The position numbers and the translations under genes are program-made. Shown here in pieces: positions 24,973 through 38,074 of a DNA stretch of 64,000 nt. This DNA is from Squalus acanthias (lineage: Eukaryota). The DNA lies in NCBI GenBank assembly GCA_030390025.1, contig CM059441.1, forward strand, positions 2,480,001 through 2,544,000. The letters run 5' to 3'. The notes beneath the pieces are model-generated. The model ran no database searches. It was not told the DNA's origin and worked only from the letters and a program-made list of their open reading frames with translations. How positions within the stretch are numbered: position 1 is the stretch's first letter; every line of letters begins with the position of its first letter.

Positions 24973-25798
24973 CCCAAAGCCATTTTCAGGGATCAAAGAA
25001 GGACACAGTGTTCAACCTTCGAGTGGACAAGTTTAAGATGAATCTGTGACACCTAAACTGAATTTTTGCGATGGTTTACCGTTAATGCTGATGCAGAATC
25101 ATCTGTGTTTCGCCTTCGCATGTAAGTATACTCAGCAACAGTGGCGTTGATTCGTACAGGTACACAGGTAGCGTGCTGAATCACTGTTCGACAGGATCGG
25201 GACAATCATGGCCACACCTCTGGGATTCATCAGAAGCCTCGGCCTGTATGACCGAGCTCGCGAACCATTCAGTTCTTACATTGAGCGGATGGAGATGTTT
25301 TTAAGGTCAATAACATTATTGAGACCGAAGGTGCAGATGAGAATGTTCAAGCTCAAAATAAAGTAATTAATGAATAGAAAAAGCAATTTTTCTAATGGAG
25401 ACTGGGCCAGATGTCTACAGAACGTTGACAAACCTACTCGTGCCAGGGAAAGCGAAGGATGCGTCGTTTGAAGACATTGTCGAGAAACTCGAGGACCATT
25501 TCGACCCAAAGACATTAGAATTAGCAGAGAGCTATAAGTTTCATAACAGAAACCAAAAACAAAGTGGAACCATCAGTGAGTACATTGTAGCTCTTAAGAA
25601 CCTGTCTTTGCATTATAACTTCGGCACATTTTTGGATTGTGCGTTGCGCGATAAGTTTGTGTGTGGACTGGTGGATGAGCGTACACAGTCCAAGTTACTG
25701 AACACTCCGAACCTAACATTTGACATAGCATGCAAAATTGCCCTATCTATAGAGATGGCGTCTAAGAATGCTAGGGAGCTCCGTCCAACTCAAGTGAC

Positions 25799-26288
25799 TA
25801 GTGCAGCTCCAACAACACGCAAGAAGCTCGACACCATCCAGGACAAAGCAGCCCGCTTGATTGGCACCCCATCCACCACCTTAAACATTCACTCCCTCCA
25901 CCACCGGTGCACCATGGCTGCAGTGAGTACCATCTACAAGATGCACTGCAGCAACTCGCCAATGCTTCTTCGGCAGCACCTCCCAAACCCGTGACCTCTT
26001 CCACCTAGAAGGACAAGGGCAGCAGGCGCTTGGGAACACCACCACCTGCAAGTTCTCCTCCAAGTCACACACCATCCTGACTTAGAAGTATATCGCCGAT
26101 CCTTCATCGTCGCTGGGTCAAAATCCTGGAACTCCCTCCCTAACAGCACTGTGGGAGTACCTTCACCACACGGACTGCAGCGGTTCAAGAAGGCGACTCA
26201 CCACCACCTTCTCAAGGGCAATTAGGGCTGGGCAATAAATGTTGGCCTTGCCAGCGACACCCACATCCCATACACAAATTTAAAAAAA
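25799..26288 (+). mobile_element. LINE 3' fragment nested in Gypsy gag
   Basis: KKLDTIQDKAARLIG..SLHHR; same family as 23588 and 40096; aagt(t)ga at both junctions. Confidence 0.85.
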
Positions 26289-27393
26289 GTTGAGGTCTAC
26301 AGTCACAAAGACACCGCCGAACCCAAAGCTGTGAGTCCGAGTCAAAAGCATGTCGGTGAGAGCGGTTCAGTGAATTGCTACCTCTGCAATGAAAATCACT
26401 CACCACAGTCCTGCCAATACAGAAATGCGAAGTGTTTTCACTGCCAGAAGCAAGGCCATATTTCAACAGCTTGCGGAGCTAGATCGAAAGCATGAAGTAA
26501 GAACCATTCTAGTGGCAATGCAAAACAGCGACAACAAAAGGGAGGAGTTCACAATATTAAAGTGAACACACCTGATGTTGAAGAACTAGGCATCTACAGT
26601 ATTTATGCCACGAACGGCAACGCTAGCAGTCGTGATAAAGACTTACATATAAAACTTTTGATCAACGAGCAATATATTGATATGTGTATCGACACGGCAG
26701 CGGACTGCTCTATCATGAGTAAGGACATATGAGAGTAAGTTTAATCAAGTACCACTTACAAAGAGTACCATAGAGTTAAAAACCTACTCCGGAGAAATCC
26801 TAGAGACATGTGGACAAATGGAATGTACAGTTCAACACAATGGCCAGTCAGTAAAGCTGCCTATTATTGTAGCGAGCTACAACAACAGGCCAACCCTCAT
26901 GGGCACAGACTGGTTGAGAAAGTTAAAACTAGACTGGAAAAACATCTTCAGTGTAAATACTTCATAGAAGCGACTTGACACAATGCTGAACAAGTATGAA
27001 AGCGTGTTCACAGATAGTTATGAGGGCATCACTGGGTATGATGCGCATAGCCGCATCAAGTACAATGCGAAGCCTGTCTATTGTAAGGCCAGGCCGGTCC
27101 TCTATGCGTTGAAAAGTCAGGTGGAGGAAGAACTAGCGAAAGTCAGAGAGAACGGAGTGCTGGTAAAAACTGACAAAAGTGAATGGACTACCCCGATTGT
27201 GGTTGTGCCCAAAGCAGACAAGACTGAACACTTGTGCGGTGACTACAAAGTTACTATCAGCCAATCAGTTGACGATGAGCAGTACCCGTTACCTACATCG
27301 CAAGATTTGTATGCAGCACTCTCTGGGTCAAAGGTTTTCTCTAAGCTTGACCTGTCACACGCTTATGCTCAGCTGAATGTTGACAAAGAGAGT

Positions 27394-27833
27394 CATAGAA
27401 ACATAGAAACATAGAATCTAGGAGCAGGAGTAGGCCATTCGGCCCGTCGAGCCTGCTCCACCATTCAATACGATCATGGCTGATCATCCAAATCCAGTAC
27501 CCTGTCCCTGCTTTTTTAATCCCCACAGTACACATATCCCACCCTACCCCCGTAACCCCACGTATTTAATTCCCCCTAACATATCCCATCCTATCCCCAT
27601 AACCCCACATATTTAATCCCCCCCTAACACTAAGGGTCAATTTATCATAGCCAAATCAACCTAACCCGCACATTTTTGGACTGTGGGAGGAAACCGGAGC
27701 ACCCGGAGGAAACCCACGCAGACACGGGGAGAATGTGCAAACTCCACACAGACAGTCACCCGAGGTCAGATTCGAACCCGGGTCCCTGGCGCTGTGAGGC
27801 ACCAGTGCTAACCACTATGCCACCGTGTTGCCC
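27394..27833 (-). mobile_element. HE1-type V-SINE nested in Gypsy RT
   Basis: tRNA head (GGTTCGAATC B box), V-domain GGGTTTCCTCCGGGTGCTCCGGTTTCCTCCCAC, CR1-like tail and (TTTCTATG)n end. Confidence 0.85.
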
Positions 27834-28179
27834 ACAGTATCAACAGTATCTCACCAACAACACACATAAGGGATTGTACTCATAAAGCTGCCGTATGGTG
27901 TAAAGACCTCCCCAAAAATCTTCCAGGCTACGATGGATAAGATTTTGCAAGGATAAGATTTTGCAAGGAGTTCCAAATTGCTTATGCAATCAAGACGATG
28001 TGCTGATCGTAACAAGCGGCGAGGAAGAAAATCTAGAAGTGCTAGATATAGTGCTTCAAAGGTTGAATGCCCACAACATCAAATTGAAATGGAGCAAATG
28101 TGCTTTTGTGCATTGAGTTTGTGTACCTTGGTCTGAAAGTTGATTCAAATAGCTTGCAACCAGTGAAAGAAAAGGTTGA

Positions 28180-29929
28180 AATAACAACAGAAAACGCTGG
28201 AAAAACTCAGCAGGCCAGGCAACATCCGTGGAGAGAGAAAGAGAGTTAACGTTTCAGGTCGAAACCCTTCGTCGGAACTGAGAGAGCAAGAAATAAACAG
28301 ATAAAAATGCAAGGGGGAGGCTGGGGGGAGGAATAAAAGAACAAAAGGGATGGTCTTTAGTGAGTAGAGACATTGAGAGATGCTCAAGGCAAGACGAGAT
28401 GGTAATGGGACAGGTTGAGAAACAAAAGGTAAGGTGTGAAATGCTAGCAGAATCAGAGACAGCTGCCGTGGGGGGAGAGAGAGAAAAAAAGGAAAAAGGC
28501 ACGGACCAAAAGAGTGGATAAAATGTATACGTATGTGGTAGGGGCCGGGGTTATGATCTGAAATTGTTGAACTCGATATTGAGTCCGGAAGGCTGTAAAG
28601 TGCCTAAACGAAAGATGAGGTGCTGTTCCTCGAGCTTACGCTGAGCTTCCGTGGAACAATGAAGAGGCCGAGGACGGTGAGGTCTGAGTGAGCGTGGAGG
28701 GGTGAATTAAAATGACAAGCGACCGGAAGCTCGGGGTCACCCTTCCAGACTAAACGGAGGTGTTCCGCAAAGCGGTCACCCAATCTGCGCTTGGTCTCCC
28801 CAATGTAGAGAAGACCACATCGTGAGCAGCGAATACAGTATACTAGATTGCAAGAAGTACAAGTAAATCGCTGTTTCACCTGGAAGGGGTGTTTTGGGCC
28901 CTGGAGAGTGGGAAGGGGGGATGTATAAGGGCAGGTGTTGCATCTCCTGCGCTTGCACGGGAAGGTGCCAGGGTGAAGGGGAAGGGGTGCTGGGGGTGAT
29001 AGAGGAGTGGACTAGGGTGTCTCGGAGGGAGCGGTCCCTACGGAATGCTGAAAGGGGAGGTGAGGGGAAGATGTGTTTGGTGGTGAGATCACGTTGCAGG
29101 TGGCGGAAATGGTGGAGGATGATCCGTTGAATGTGGAGGCTGGTGGGGTGAAAGGTGAGGACAAGGGGAACTCTATCGTGGTTCCGGGAGGGAGGGGCCG
29201 GGGTGAGGGCAGAAGTGCGGGAGATGGAACGGACACGGTCGAGGGCCGTGTTGATCACGGTAGTGGGGAATCCTCGGTTGAGGAAAAAGGAAGACATGTC
29301 GGAAGCACTGGTATGGAAGGTGGCATCGTCGGAGCAGATACGGCGGAGACGGAGAAACTGGGAGAAGGGAATAGAGTCCTTACAGGAGGCGGGGTGGGAG
29401 GAAGTGTAGTCCAGGTAGCTGTGGGAGTCAGTGGGCTTGTAGTGAATGTTGGTCAATAACCTATCCCCAGAGATGGAGACGGAGAAGTCGAGGAAGGGGA
29501 GGGAAGAGTCGGAGATGGACCATGTGAAGGTGAGGGAAGGGTGGAAATTGGAGGCAAAGTGAATGAAATTGTCTAGTTCAGGGCGAGAGCAGGAAACGGC
29601 ACCGATACAGTCGTCAATGTATCGGAAAAAGAGGTGAGGGAGGGGACCCGAGTAGGACTGGAACAAAGAGTGTTCCACATATCCCACGAAAAGGCAGGCA
29701 TAGCTAGGACCCATGCGGGTACCCATAGCAACACCTTTGATTTGGAGGAAATGAGTGGAGTCAAAGGAGAAGTTGTTCAATGTGAGAACAAGTTCAGCCA
29801 GGCGGAGGAGGGTGGCGGTGGATGGGGACTGGTTGGGCCTCTGTTCAAGGAAGAAGCGGAGCGCCCTCAGGCCATCCTGGTGGGGGATGGAGGTGTAGAG
29901 GGATTGTACGTCCATGGTGAAAAGGAGGC
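28180..29929 (-). mobile_element. Penelope-like element family A (Neptune-like), 5'-truncated, nested in Gypsy pol
   Basis: RT DVQSLYTSIP, GVAMGT, RYIDD; GIY-YIG NLVYCIRC..LYIGET in a shifted frame; 12-bp TSD AGAAAAGGTTGA at 28168-28179 and 29930-29941. Confidence 0.95.
28244..28279 (-). ncRNA. Hammerhead motif with core substitution (CCGACGA)
   Basis: AGUU-CCGACGA-A-GGGUUUCGACCU-GAAA-CG-UU-AACU. Confidence 0.65.
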
Positions 29930-31982
29930 AGAAAAGGTTGATCCTGTCATCAATGCTCCAAAGCTACAGAATGTGTCCGAGTTAAGATCTTTCCTTGGAA
30001 TGGTCCAGTACTATGCACGTTTCTTACCTGAGTTAGCGACCATGTTACCTCGATTGCATGAGCTCCTCAAGAAGGATGTCCAGTGGAAGTAGACAAAAGC
30101 GCAACAGGAAATTTATGACGCTTGTAAGAGAAGTCTCTCTAGTGATGCTCTACATGTGCACTACTACACAGAGCGTGAACTTAAGTTAGCGTGTGATGCT
30201 TCTAGCTACAGTGTGGGAGCTGTCATAAGCCATGTAATGGATGATGGCAAGAGAAACCAATAGCGTTCGCATTGCGAACCCTCACAAAGAGCAAAAGAAA
30301 CTACGTGTAAATTGAAAAGGAAGCACTCGCCATAATGTTTGGAATCAAGAAATTCCAACAGTTCCTGATCAGCAGAAATTTTACCCTGATAACCGATTAC
30401 AAACCGCTCCTAGCAATATTGGGGCCCAAATCTGCCATCCCTGCAATGGCCGCATCGAGAATGTAATGTTGGGCAGTGTTGTTGTCACAATATGACTAAA
30501 CGATTGAATATCGTACTTCAAAGCAAAACGCAATCACAGATGTCTTGTCCAGGTTGCCACATGAGGACTCGTGTTGGGAGTGAAGGGGCAATTTTCACGC
30601 TAGGTGCAGTTGACAAAAACTGCACCTGAGATAGCAGATGAGACTCAAAAGGACTCAGTACTGAAAAGAGTGTATGAAAACACTTTGAATGTATGGACGA
30701 TCAGTGTATAGACACAGAATTGAAACCATTCCATAACCGTCATACTGAATTGTCCTGTGAGCAAGGTTGTATCAAGTGGGGAAACAGAGTGGTGGTACCT
30801 TCTTCTTTGAGAGATAGAATTCTGGCTGAACTTCATACTGAACATCCAGGGATCGTCAGTATGAAATCAATTGCAAGAAGGTTTTTTTCCTGGCCTGGAT
30901 TGGACAGTGATCGTGAATCACTTGTCAACAAATGCAACGTTTGCCAAAATTGCAGAAACAAACCACCTAAAACTCCACCACAGCCCTGATCATGGCCAAG
31001 TAGACCTTTTCAGAGAGTACATGAAGACTTCTGTGAGAAAGCAAATGATTATTTCCTGGTACTTGTAGATAATCACTCAAAGTGGATTGAAGTGAAACAC
31101 ATGGGTTCAAATACTGCAACTGAACATACCAATGATGAGCTGAGGTCTATCTTTGCATGTCATGACTTGTTCCTGACAATGACCCTTAGTTCTGTTCTGC
31201 TCTATTCCAAGAATTCATGAAACGGAATGGTATCATCAAGCTTCAAATGGAGCAGCTGAAAGGTCAGTTAAAATAGTGAAAGAAGCTCTCAAAAAGCAAG
31301 TGTTGGAGGGTTGTTCAGGACTCAGCATGAAGCAACATTTGGATAATGTCTTGCTGAAGTACAGAACTACTCCGCACACTACAACTGGACATACCCCAGC
31401 AAAACTCTTGATGAAGAGGAGATTGAGAACACAATTGAGTCTGGTTCAACCGAATTTTGCCTCATGAGTTGAACAGAAACAGTTGAGTCAGAAATGTTAT
31501 GACAGCAATCAGAAAGAACGCAGTTTCAAACAAAACAAGTGTGTTCGTGTTCTCAGTCCCCCAGGCAAGTCGAGTTCACACAAATGAAACTCTGGTGATA
31601 GATCTGACAGCTTTGCTGAGTGCTCAGACTGCTGCCATCATGGCTCTGAGGACTAGCATCTCAAGTTTTCAATCCATGAAGGAGATCATGGATAGGAGTG
31701 TGGAGAGCATGAATGTGGGCTTCCAGAGCATCACTGCACTCCTTCACTCTATTCTCATGCAAAGCAGAGGGAGTGTGAAGGCGCAGCCCCATGAGAGTGG
31801 CTTGAGCTCCATGGAGAGGCTGCCTCACACAGGATTCTTCAGCGACCCTGGCAGCTGCCATTGAAAGGTACATTTAATTAATGAAAAAAAAAGTTAATGT
31901 GGAGCCAGGAGCAGCAGGAGTGGCGATCACCTAACCCCCCTACCCCATAACCCATTCAATTCCACCCTCCTGGGATTTACCC

Positions 31983-32155
31983 GAGTCAGAAGGTTGTGGG
32001 TTCAAGCCCCACCCAAAGGACTTGAGCACACATTCTAGGCTGACACTCCAGTGCAGTACCGAGGGAGTGCTGCGCTGTCGAAGGTTCCGTCTTTCAGATG
32101 AGACGTTAAACAGAGACCCTGTTTTCCTGTTCAGATGGAAGTAAAAGATCCCTGC
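31983..32155 (+). mobile_element. Partial SacSINE1-like DeuSINE
   Basis: Aligns to 36552-36722. Confidence 0.8.
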
Positions 32156-32247
32156 TGGAAATGTGAGCTGATAACGGTGTGGCCAGGTCAACGGGGCATC
32201 TGGAGCCTCATGAACATCGGGTTTATCTCCTCAACCAATGACATTTA

Positions 32248-32435
32248 TGTGAGAAGTCGCACAACACCAGGTTATAGTCCAACAGCTTAATTTGAAATCA
32301 CAAGCTTTCGGAGCGCTGCTCCTTCGTCAGGCTCCGAAAGCTTGTGATTTCAAATAAAGCTGTTGGACTATAACCTGGTGTTGTGCGACTTCTCACATTT
32401 GTGCACCCCAGTCCAACACCGGCATCGCCACATCG
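32248..32435. mobile_element. Second palindromic Penelope family B mini-element
   Basis: 68-bp arms 32247-32314 and 32331-32398, same tail as the 12.1-kb copy, TSD ATGA(C/A)ATTTA. Confidence 0.9.
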
Positions 32436-32445
32436 ATGAAATTTA

Positions 32446-32947
32446 AGGATTGAGAAAGAAACAGAGTGGACAACAGAGAAGGAAATAGGGTGAATTAGAG
32501 TCAAATTAGATACAGAAAGAGTGGATTAAGATCTAAAATTTTTCAAACTTCTCGGAGCAATTTACTACCTGCGGGAGTGATATTCCACAGGCTCAGTGTT
32601 CCCTTTCTGGGCCTCCAAGGTTGAGTGGAATGTCAGGACGATAAATCACATCATTAGCAAGGTCCTTACGACTTGAATTACTAGCCCTAAATGGCTGTTG
32701 CCAGATTCATTCATATTAACCACACAAATCCAGCAATTGCATGACACATAATGGGGAGGCTCACGATGAGCTGGTAATTTATGGGTTTTGGCGAGGATAA
32801 CAGCGGAGTGGCGCAAATCGTCCAGAAGTTTGTGGCAAAGTGTTTCTCATGGCATATCTCTTCTTCGCCACAGATTGCTGGGTTTTTATATACTAATAAT
32901 AGCGGGTGCTGTGAACGCGCGGTTATTTTTCCAGCAATTTCTGGGCC
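32446..32947. mobile_element. Harbinger-type MITE right half, related to 53730-54263
   Basis: Purine-rich block, similar body, ends GCAATTTCTGGGCC. Confidence 0.5.
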
Positions 32948-33712
32948 ATCATCACATTTAGGGAAGGAATTCTGTTACACAGTTGGAAGAATGTGTACTC
33001 CCCATTGGTACAGATCAAAGTCAATAAACTGAATGTGCAGGCAAGCACACAAGAGCTGCAAAGCTCCTTAATCAACTTGCCTGATGTATTGGATTCCCAT
33101 TTATCATGAATTCAGTTACTGCAACGAATACAAACACAGCGTTTCAGTCAGCCACACTGGCAATATAACAGACAAGGGCACTCGCTTACTATTCTTTCAC
33201 TGTTGGTCTTAGTGGTTTAGGTGCTGAAAATAACCTTCCCTGAACCTTGGATTTACTGAAATAAGGCTGGAGGAAGTTGAGGTCTGAATTCTGGCTGCAG
33301 TTCAGGATGGCTTGTCGTCTGTTCTGAGCGAAGACTTGGCAAACATTGTAGGGGTCATCCACACTGGTCTCTGACAGCTAAATACCTGCCTGTTCTGCAT
33401 AATCCAGTTCAAATTGTAAGGAATGAATTCGGCAAGACCTCATGAGATCGCTGATCAGCATCATGGAGGTAATGGTTTAATATCCAACCTATGAATCAGT
33501 TCAAACAAAAAAATTGAACTCTCCTCCAGTGAGACAGAACTATTTTATGTCCCTGAAACAAAAGAAAAAGCCAATGGTACTGACCAGGCAGCCTCAATGA
33601 ATATTCTTTCAAGGTCACAAGATAAATATGGACAAAGAAAGCCTTTTGGCCCATTTTAGTTCATTCACCCAGAATGATCCTACAATTGCCCATTGTGGCA
33701 TCCAACTGTAAA

Positions 33713-34125
33713 TCATTCGCTGGAGTATAGAAGAATGAGAGGGGATCTCATCGAAACATATAAAATTCTGACAGGTCTGGACAAACTAGATGCAGGAAGA
33801 ATGTTCCCGATGGTCGGAGAGTCCAGAACCAGGGGTCATAATCTAAGGATAACGGGTAAGCCATTTAGGACAGAAATGAGGAAGAATTTCTTCACCCAGA
33901 GAGTGGTGAACCTGTGGAATTCTCTACCACAGAAGGTAGTTGAGGCCAAGTCATTAAATATATTCAAGAATGAGTTAGATATATTTCTTAAAGCTAAAGG
34001 TATCAAGGGATATGGGGAGAAGGCAGGTACAGGGTACTAAGTTTGGATGATCAGCCATGATCTCATTGAATGGCAGAGCAGGCTCGAGGGGCCGAATGGC
34101 CTACTCCTGCTCCTATCTTCTATTC
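33713..34125 (+). mobile_element. CR1 3' fragment
   Basis: SLEYRRMRGDLIETYK...KGYG plus 3' UTR. Confidence 0.9.
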
Positions 34126-34269
34126 CAGCAATTTTGCTTCTACTATTTACCCAGGAGTACATTCCATGTATTGATCATCTTTTGTGTGAAGGAGAACTAC
34201 CCAACATTGGCCCTAAGTTTGCCATTAACTAGCTTGAACCTGTGCACCCTGTCCTACTGTTGCAATTTA

Positions 34270-35730
34270 GTTTAAAATAATTTTCTACATCTATCTTTTC
34301 CATACCATTTATTTTCATAATAGACATCTGTAAGGTCACTCCTCACCCTTTATACCTCAGATTCATGATTCAAGGGGTCAGCTTCATGTCTCTTCTCTGA
34401 ATTGTCTCCAAAGCTCAAAAGCCTCCTTTGCATCTCAGTGTCCAAATCTGGACACAATACACAAGATGTAGTCTGACCAGAGCACTATAGAGCTTGAGCA
34501 TGACTTCTTCTAACTTGTATTCTACTATTTTGGCTATATAGTTCAACGTTCTATTTGCTTCATTGATTGCTGCTCTCCAATGATTGGAAATATTGGCCCA
34601 GAAATTAAAGACGGAGCCTTCCTGTGGGGGTAAGGCTTCCCCGCGATATCTCACTGCGCGCCTGCCTTTTCCTTCCGAGCTCACACGAGCTTTAGTTTCA
34701 AGGCTGCAGCTGTGCAGTGTGTGCGTATCCCACAGACGGAGTTAGTTCGTGCGAGCTCTGGGATCACGTGATTCAGTTAGAGCCAATGGCAGCACACCAT
34801 CTTTCATTCATAGTTTTGACAGCAAGGGCTGTGAAAGCTATGAATCTATACCCCCCCAAAAGAACAGCTAAACCTCAATTAAATTTAAAAAAAAGCCATC
34901 ACATTAATAAAATAAGTATAGTTAAATAAATTAACCACTTTAAACAAAAAATTAAATTTTTGAAAAAATTTAAAATCTTTTTAAAAGTTATAAAAATAAA
35001 CTTACCTTTCTTTAAAGTCTCTAAAAAAGATATACCTGTTGAAAAAAATTTAAAATAATTCTTAATTAACTACTTACCTTGTTAAAAGAGGGTCTTACGC
35101 CTCCTTTCTTTATGTGCAAAATCTTCCATGCTAACCTGCGCGTTCAAAGCACTAAGTGCACTGAGTGCGCGCAGCCTGTAGCGCGCACGCGGTTCACCTA
35201 GGAACCGCCCCCTTTTGAAATCACCAAGTGCCGGTTTCCCACGCATGCGCAGTGCATGCAGAAAACCGGCAATTGGAGACAGAATACGCGAGAGTACACA
35301 GTGCGTACTCTCGCGTACTGAGACTAGTTTTTGGGCCATTGAGTAATAAGTCAACCTGCCTCAGTTTATCTCTTTCAACTTCATTGTTAGCTATTGAGAC
35401 ACTATTTGAGGAGTGCATGTGTTGTCCATTTTTCTTCTTACGTGTAGTGCTGTATTACATTTCCTCTGTCATTATTCCACCTTCTCACATATTTTATCCA
35501 ACTCATTTTGTATTTGCTGAGCTGCCTACTCAGATTAACTGCTTGTCTTAATTTGGTATCATCTGCACCATATGAAACCTGGACATTGATTAAATTAGAA
35601 ACTGTAATAATCCCATAACAGATCTCTGGGAGCACCACTCAACACTTCCCTCGACCCTGATAGAACTCCTAAGTAATCATTCAGAGTACTAACTATCTTA
35701 TGGTCATCTTCCATTTCTGCCCTATTTACA
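34270..35730 (-). mobile_element. Old CR1-like fragment split by a MITE
   Basis: EVMLKLYSALVRLHLVYCVQIW and ADDTKL motifs on either side of the MITE. Confidence 0.6.
34595..35337 (-). mobile_element. Harbinger-type MITE related to 14128-14866
   Basis: GGCCCAGAAATT and AGTTTTTGGGCC ends, ATT TSD; 34960-35270 is reverse-complement similar to 14175-14500. Confidence 0.85.
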
Positions 35731-35739
35731 TAATTTATG

Positions 35740-36500
35740 GGGTGGATTTTGCAGGGCCGATGATGGCATACACTCGTAAGCCTTGTAAAAGGCCCCGCAA
35801 GTTTTGGGTTTCCACATGCGCTGCGCAAGCGCGAAAACCCGGAACTTGCGATCTATCAAGGTTCGCCTTGACAGATCATACGAACCGACCCAAAAATCAC
35901 TTTCGCTGGCGCAGAGTTGGGCTATTTGCCCAACTACTGCCCAGCAAACGCCCAAAAAACCCTTACACCTGGTAAAAGCAGGAATCGGGCCTACTTTCAC
36001 CAGCGTAAGGGTTAATATAAATGTTAAATTTAAAATTAAAAAATTAAAAATCATTCACAAACATTTAAAATTAGTTCATGTAAATTTTGGCCCGGACTAA
36101 AATGTTAAAATGTTTTTTTCAAAAAATAATTTTTTTATTGTAAATGCTTCATTAAAGGGTCTTTTAATTAAATTTGAAAATGGGAACATTTATTTTTATT
36201 CCAGTTGTGCAAATTATTTAATTATTTGGGGATTCCTCATATGCTAATGCTGATTCCATTTGGAATTGGAATCCCCATAACCATGATGAGGAATCCTCCT
36301 TTCTGATAGGAGGACCTGGCCCACGTGATCCCTGGAACGCTTCCGAACCACCTGCCTCCCTGGGATCCATGGGCCTTTACACAGGCGTACGCCTGCAGGC
36401 CCAGGACCCGAAGTCTCCGAAGCCAGCAGGTAGGTTTGGATTTTTTTTTCAGGTCGGAGGCATACTTCGGAGGTACGCCCCCGACCACAAATTCCGGCCC
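35740..36500 (+). mobile_element. Harbinger-type MITE
   Basis: GGGTGGATTTTG and CAAATTCCGGCCC ends, ATG TSD; AT-rich core; right arm similar to 14670-14815. Confidence 0.75.
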
Positions 36501-36513
36501 ATGGTTCTCACCT

Positions 36514-36990
36514 GTGTCAGCCGTGGCTCAGTGGGTAGCACACTCGCCTCTGAGTCAGAAGGTTGTGGGTTCAAGTCCCACTCCAGGGACTTGAGCACAT
36601 AAAGATAGGCCGACACTGCAGTGCGGTGCTGAGGGAGTGCCGCACTGTCGGAGGTGCCGTCTTTCGGATGAGACGTTAAACCGAGGCCCCGTCTGCTCTC
36701 TCAGGTGGACGTAAAAGATCCCATGGCACTATTTCGAAGAAGAGCAGGGGAGTTATCCCCGGTGTCCTGGCCAATATTTATCCCTCAACCAACATAACAA
36801 AAACAGATTATCTGGTCATTATCACATTGCTGTTTGTGGGAGCTTGCTGTGCGCAAATTGGCTGCTGCATTTCCCACATTACAACAGTGACTCCACTTAA
36901 AAAGTATTTCATTGGCTGTAAACTGCTTTGAGACGTCCGGTGGTCGTGAAAGGTGCTATAGAAATGCAAGTCTTTCTTTCTTTCTTCTTC
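36514..36990 (+). mobile_element. Full-length SacSINE1-like DeuSINE
   Basis: A box TGGCTCAGTGG, B box GGTTCAAGTCC, Deu-domain-like body, L2-like tail, (CTTT)n end. Confidence 0.85.
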
Positions 36991-38074
36991 TCTGACTGCC
37001 CTCTTTGTTGAAGCACTGAAATAACTTTTATTATCTTCTTTTGTCTGCAGCAATGCTTTTCGCCATGCCTCACTTTGTCCTTCTGACCAGCCTTTTAACA
37101 TGCTTCTCTGTATCCTATATTCATCCACATTATATACCTGGCTCCTGATTCTCTGTATTTCTAAGTCCCAGATCATGTCGAAGACATGTTGAACACAAAT
37201 AGTTGCACTCGAGTTAAACAGAAGCAACTGAGCACATTTTCAGGTCTCACAGTATAGTCCCAGTACATACAACCAACAGGATTCAGCATAAACAACCTAA
37301 TCTGTGAAACAAAATATCTGCATTATTCATTATAGTGTAGTAGTCGCTACAATGTATCTATCTCTATCAATTGATAGCAAGTCAATTTCACAATACACAT
37401 TGCAGCTTCACTTGTGGTTACGCACATTGCGAAATTTCAATTCATTGTTTTCAGTAAAACGGGTTGCATTACATACATCCTTTTGGAACTAGTTATGGCA
37501 GGAGTCGCTAAGCTATTTGCCCATGTGGGCCACTTAGCTGCATATTATGCAGATTTTATGAATTTGTGCTGCTGGAAGGAAAATCTTTTGAGCCCCACTG
37601 ACTTCTATGCCAGAATTACCAATATGTGCTCCTGGAATGCAAAGCTCTGCACAGCAAACATAAATTTGTAAAATCTACCATTTAAAGTTTAATCAATGTT
37701 GCCATTAATTTGTATACATCTCAAGCTGTGGATAAACAAAGCATGCAATCATAGAATGTTACAGCAAAGAAAGAGGTGATTTGGCCATCAAGTCTGTGCT
37801 GGTGTTTATCTCCACTTCTTCTCGTCTATTCCCATGTCCTTTAATATTCCTCTGTTTTGCTTGTTGTATTTGTGCTCTTCTTAGTTTGGAGGGTGGTGCA
37901 GAGGTTTTTTTTAAACTTGACCTTCCTAGTGGCCGGCCTTAGTAAATCCACCAGGTTTTCTCTGGGGTTGCTGCTGACTGCATGAGGCCCACACACCGGG
38001 AGCTGGTGGCATTAACATCGCACCAGCATGATACCTGGACTTCAAGGGTTAAGTTACGAGGAGAGGTTACACAA

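Larger units (their letters stand above)
24600..31560 (+). mobile_element. Decayed Gypsy LTR retrotransposon (Mag-like); 5' LTR start uncertain, 3' LTR not seen
   Basis: LTR ends ..CA at 24951; gag from 25208 (SSYIERMEMF, LRDKFVCGL); PR IDTAADCS; RT LCGDYK, FSKLDL, QDDVL; RNase H LACDAS; IN HHCC; order PR-RT-RH-IN; many stops. Confidence 0.9.

Noticed and set aside
25395-25994. Gag-LINE fusion protein
   Set aside because: Accidental in-frame junction in an already frameshifted gag
29634-30092. Chimeric ORF (antisense PLE plus Gypsy RT)
   Set aside because: Artefact of the nested insertion junction
36514-36590. tRNA genes (also 27760-27833 and 55260-55333)
   Set aside because: These are tRNA-derived SINE heads continuing into SINE bodies
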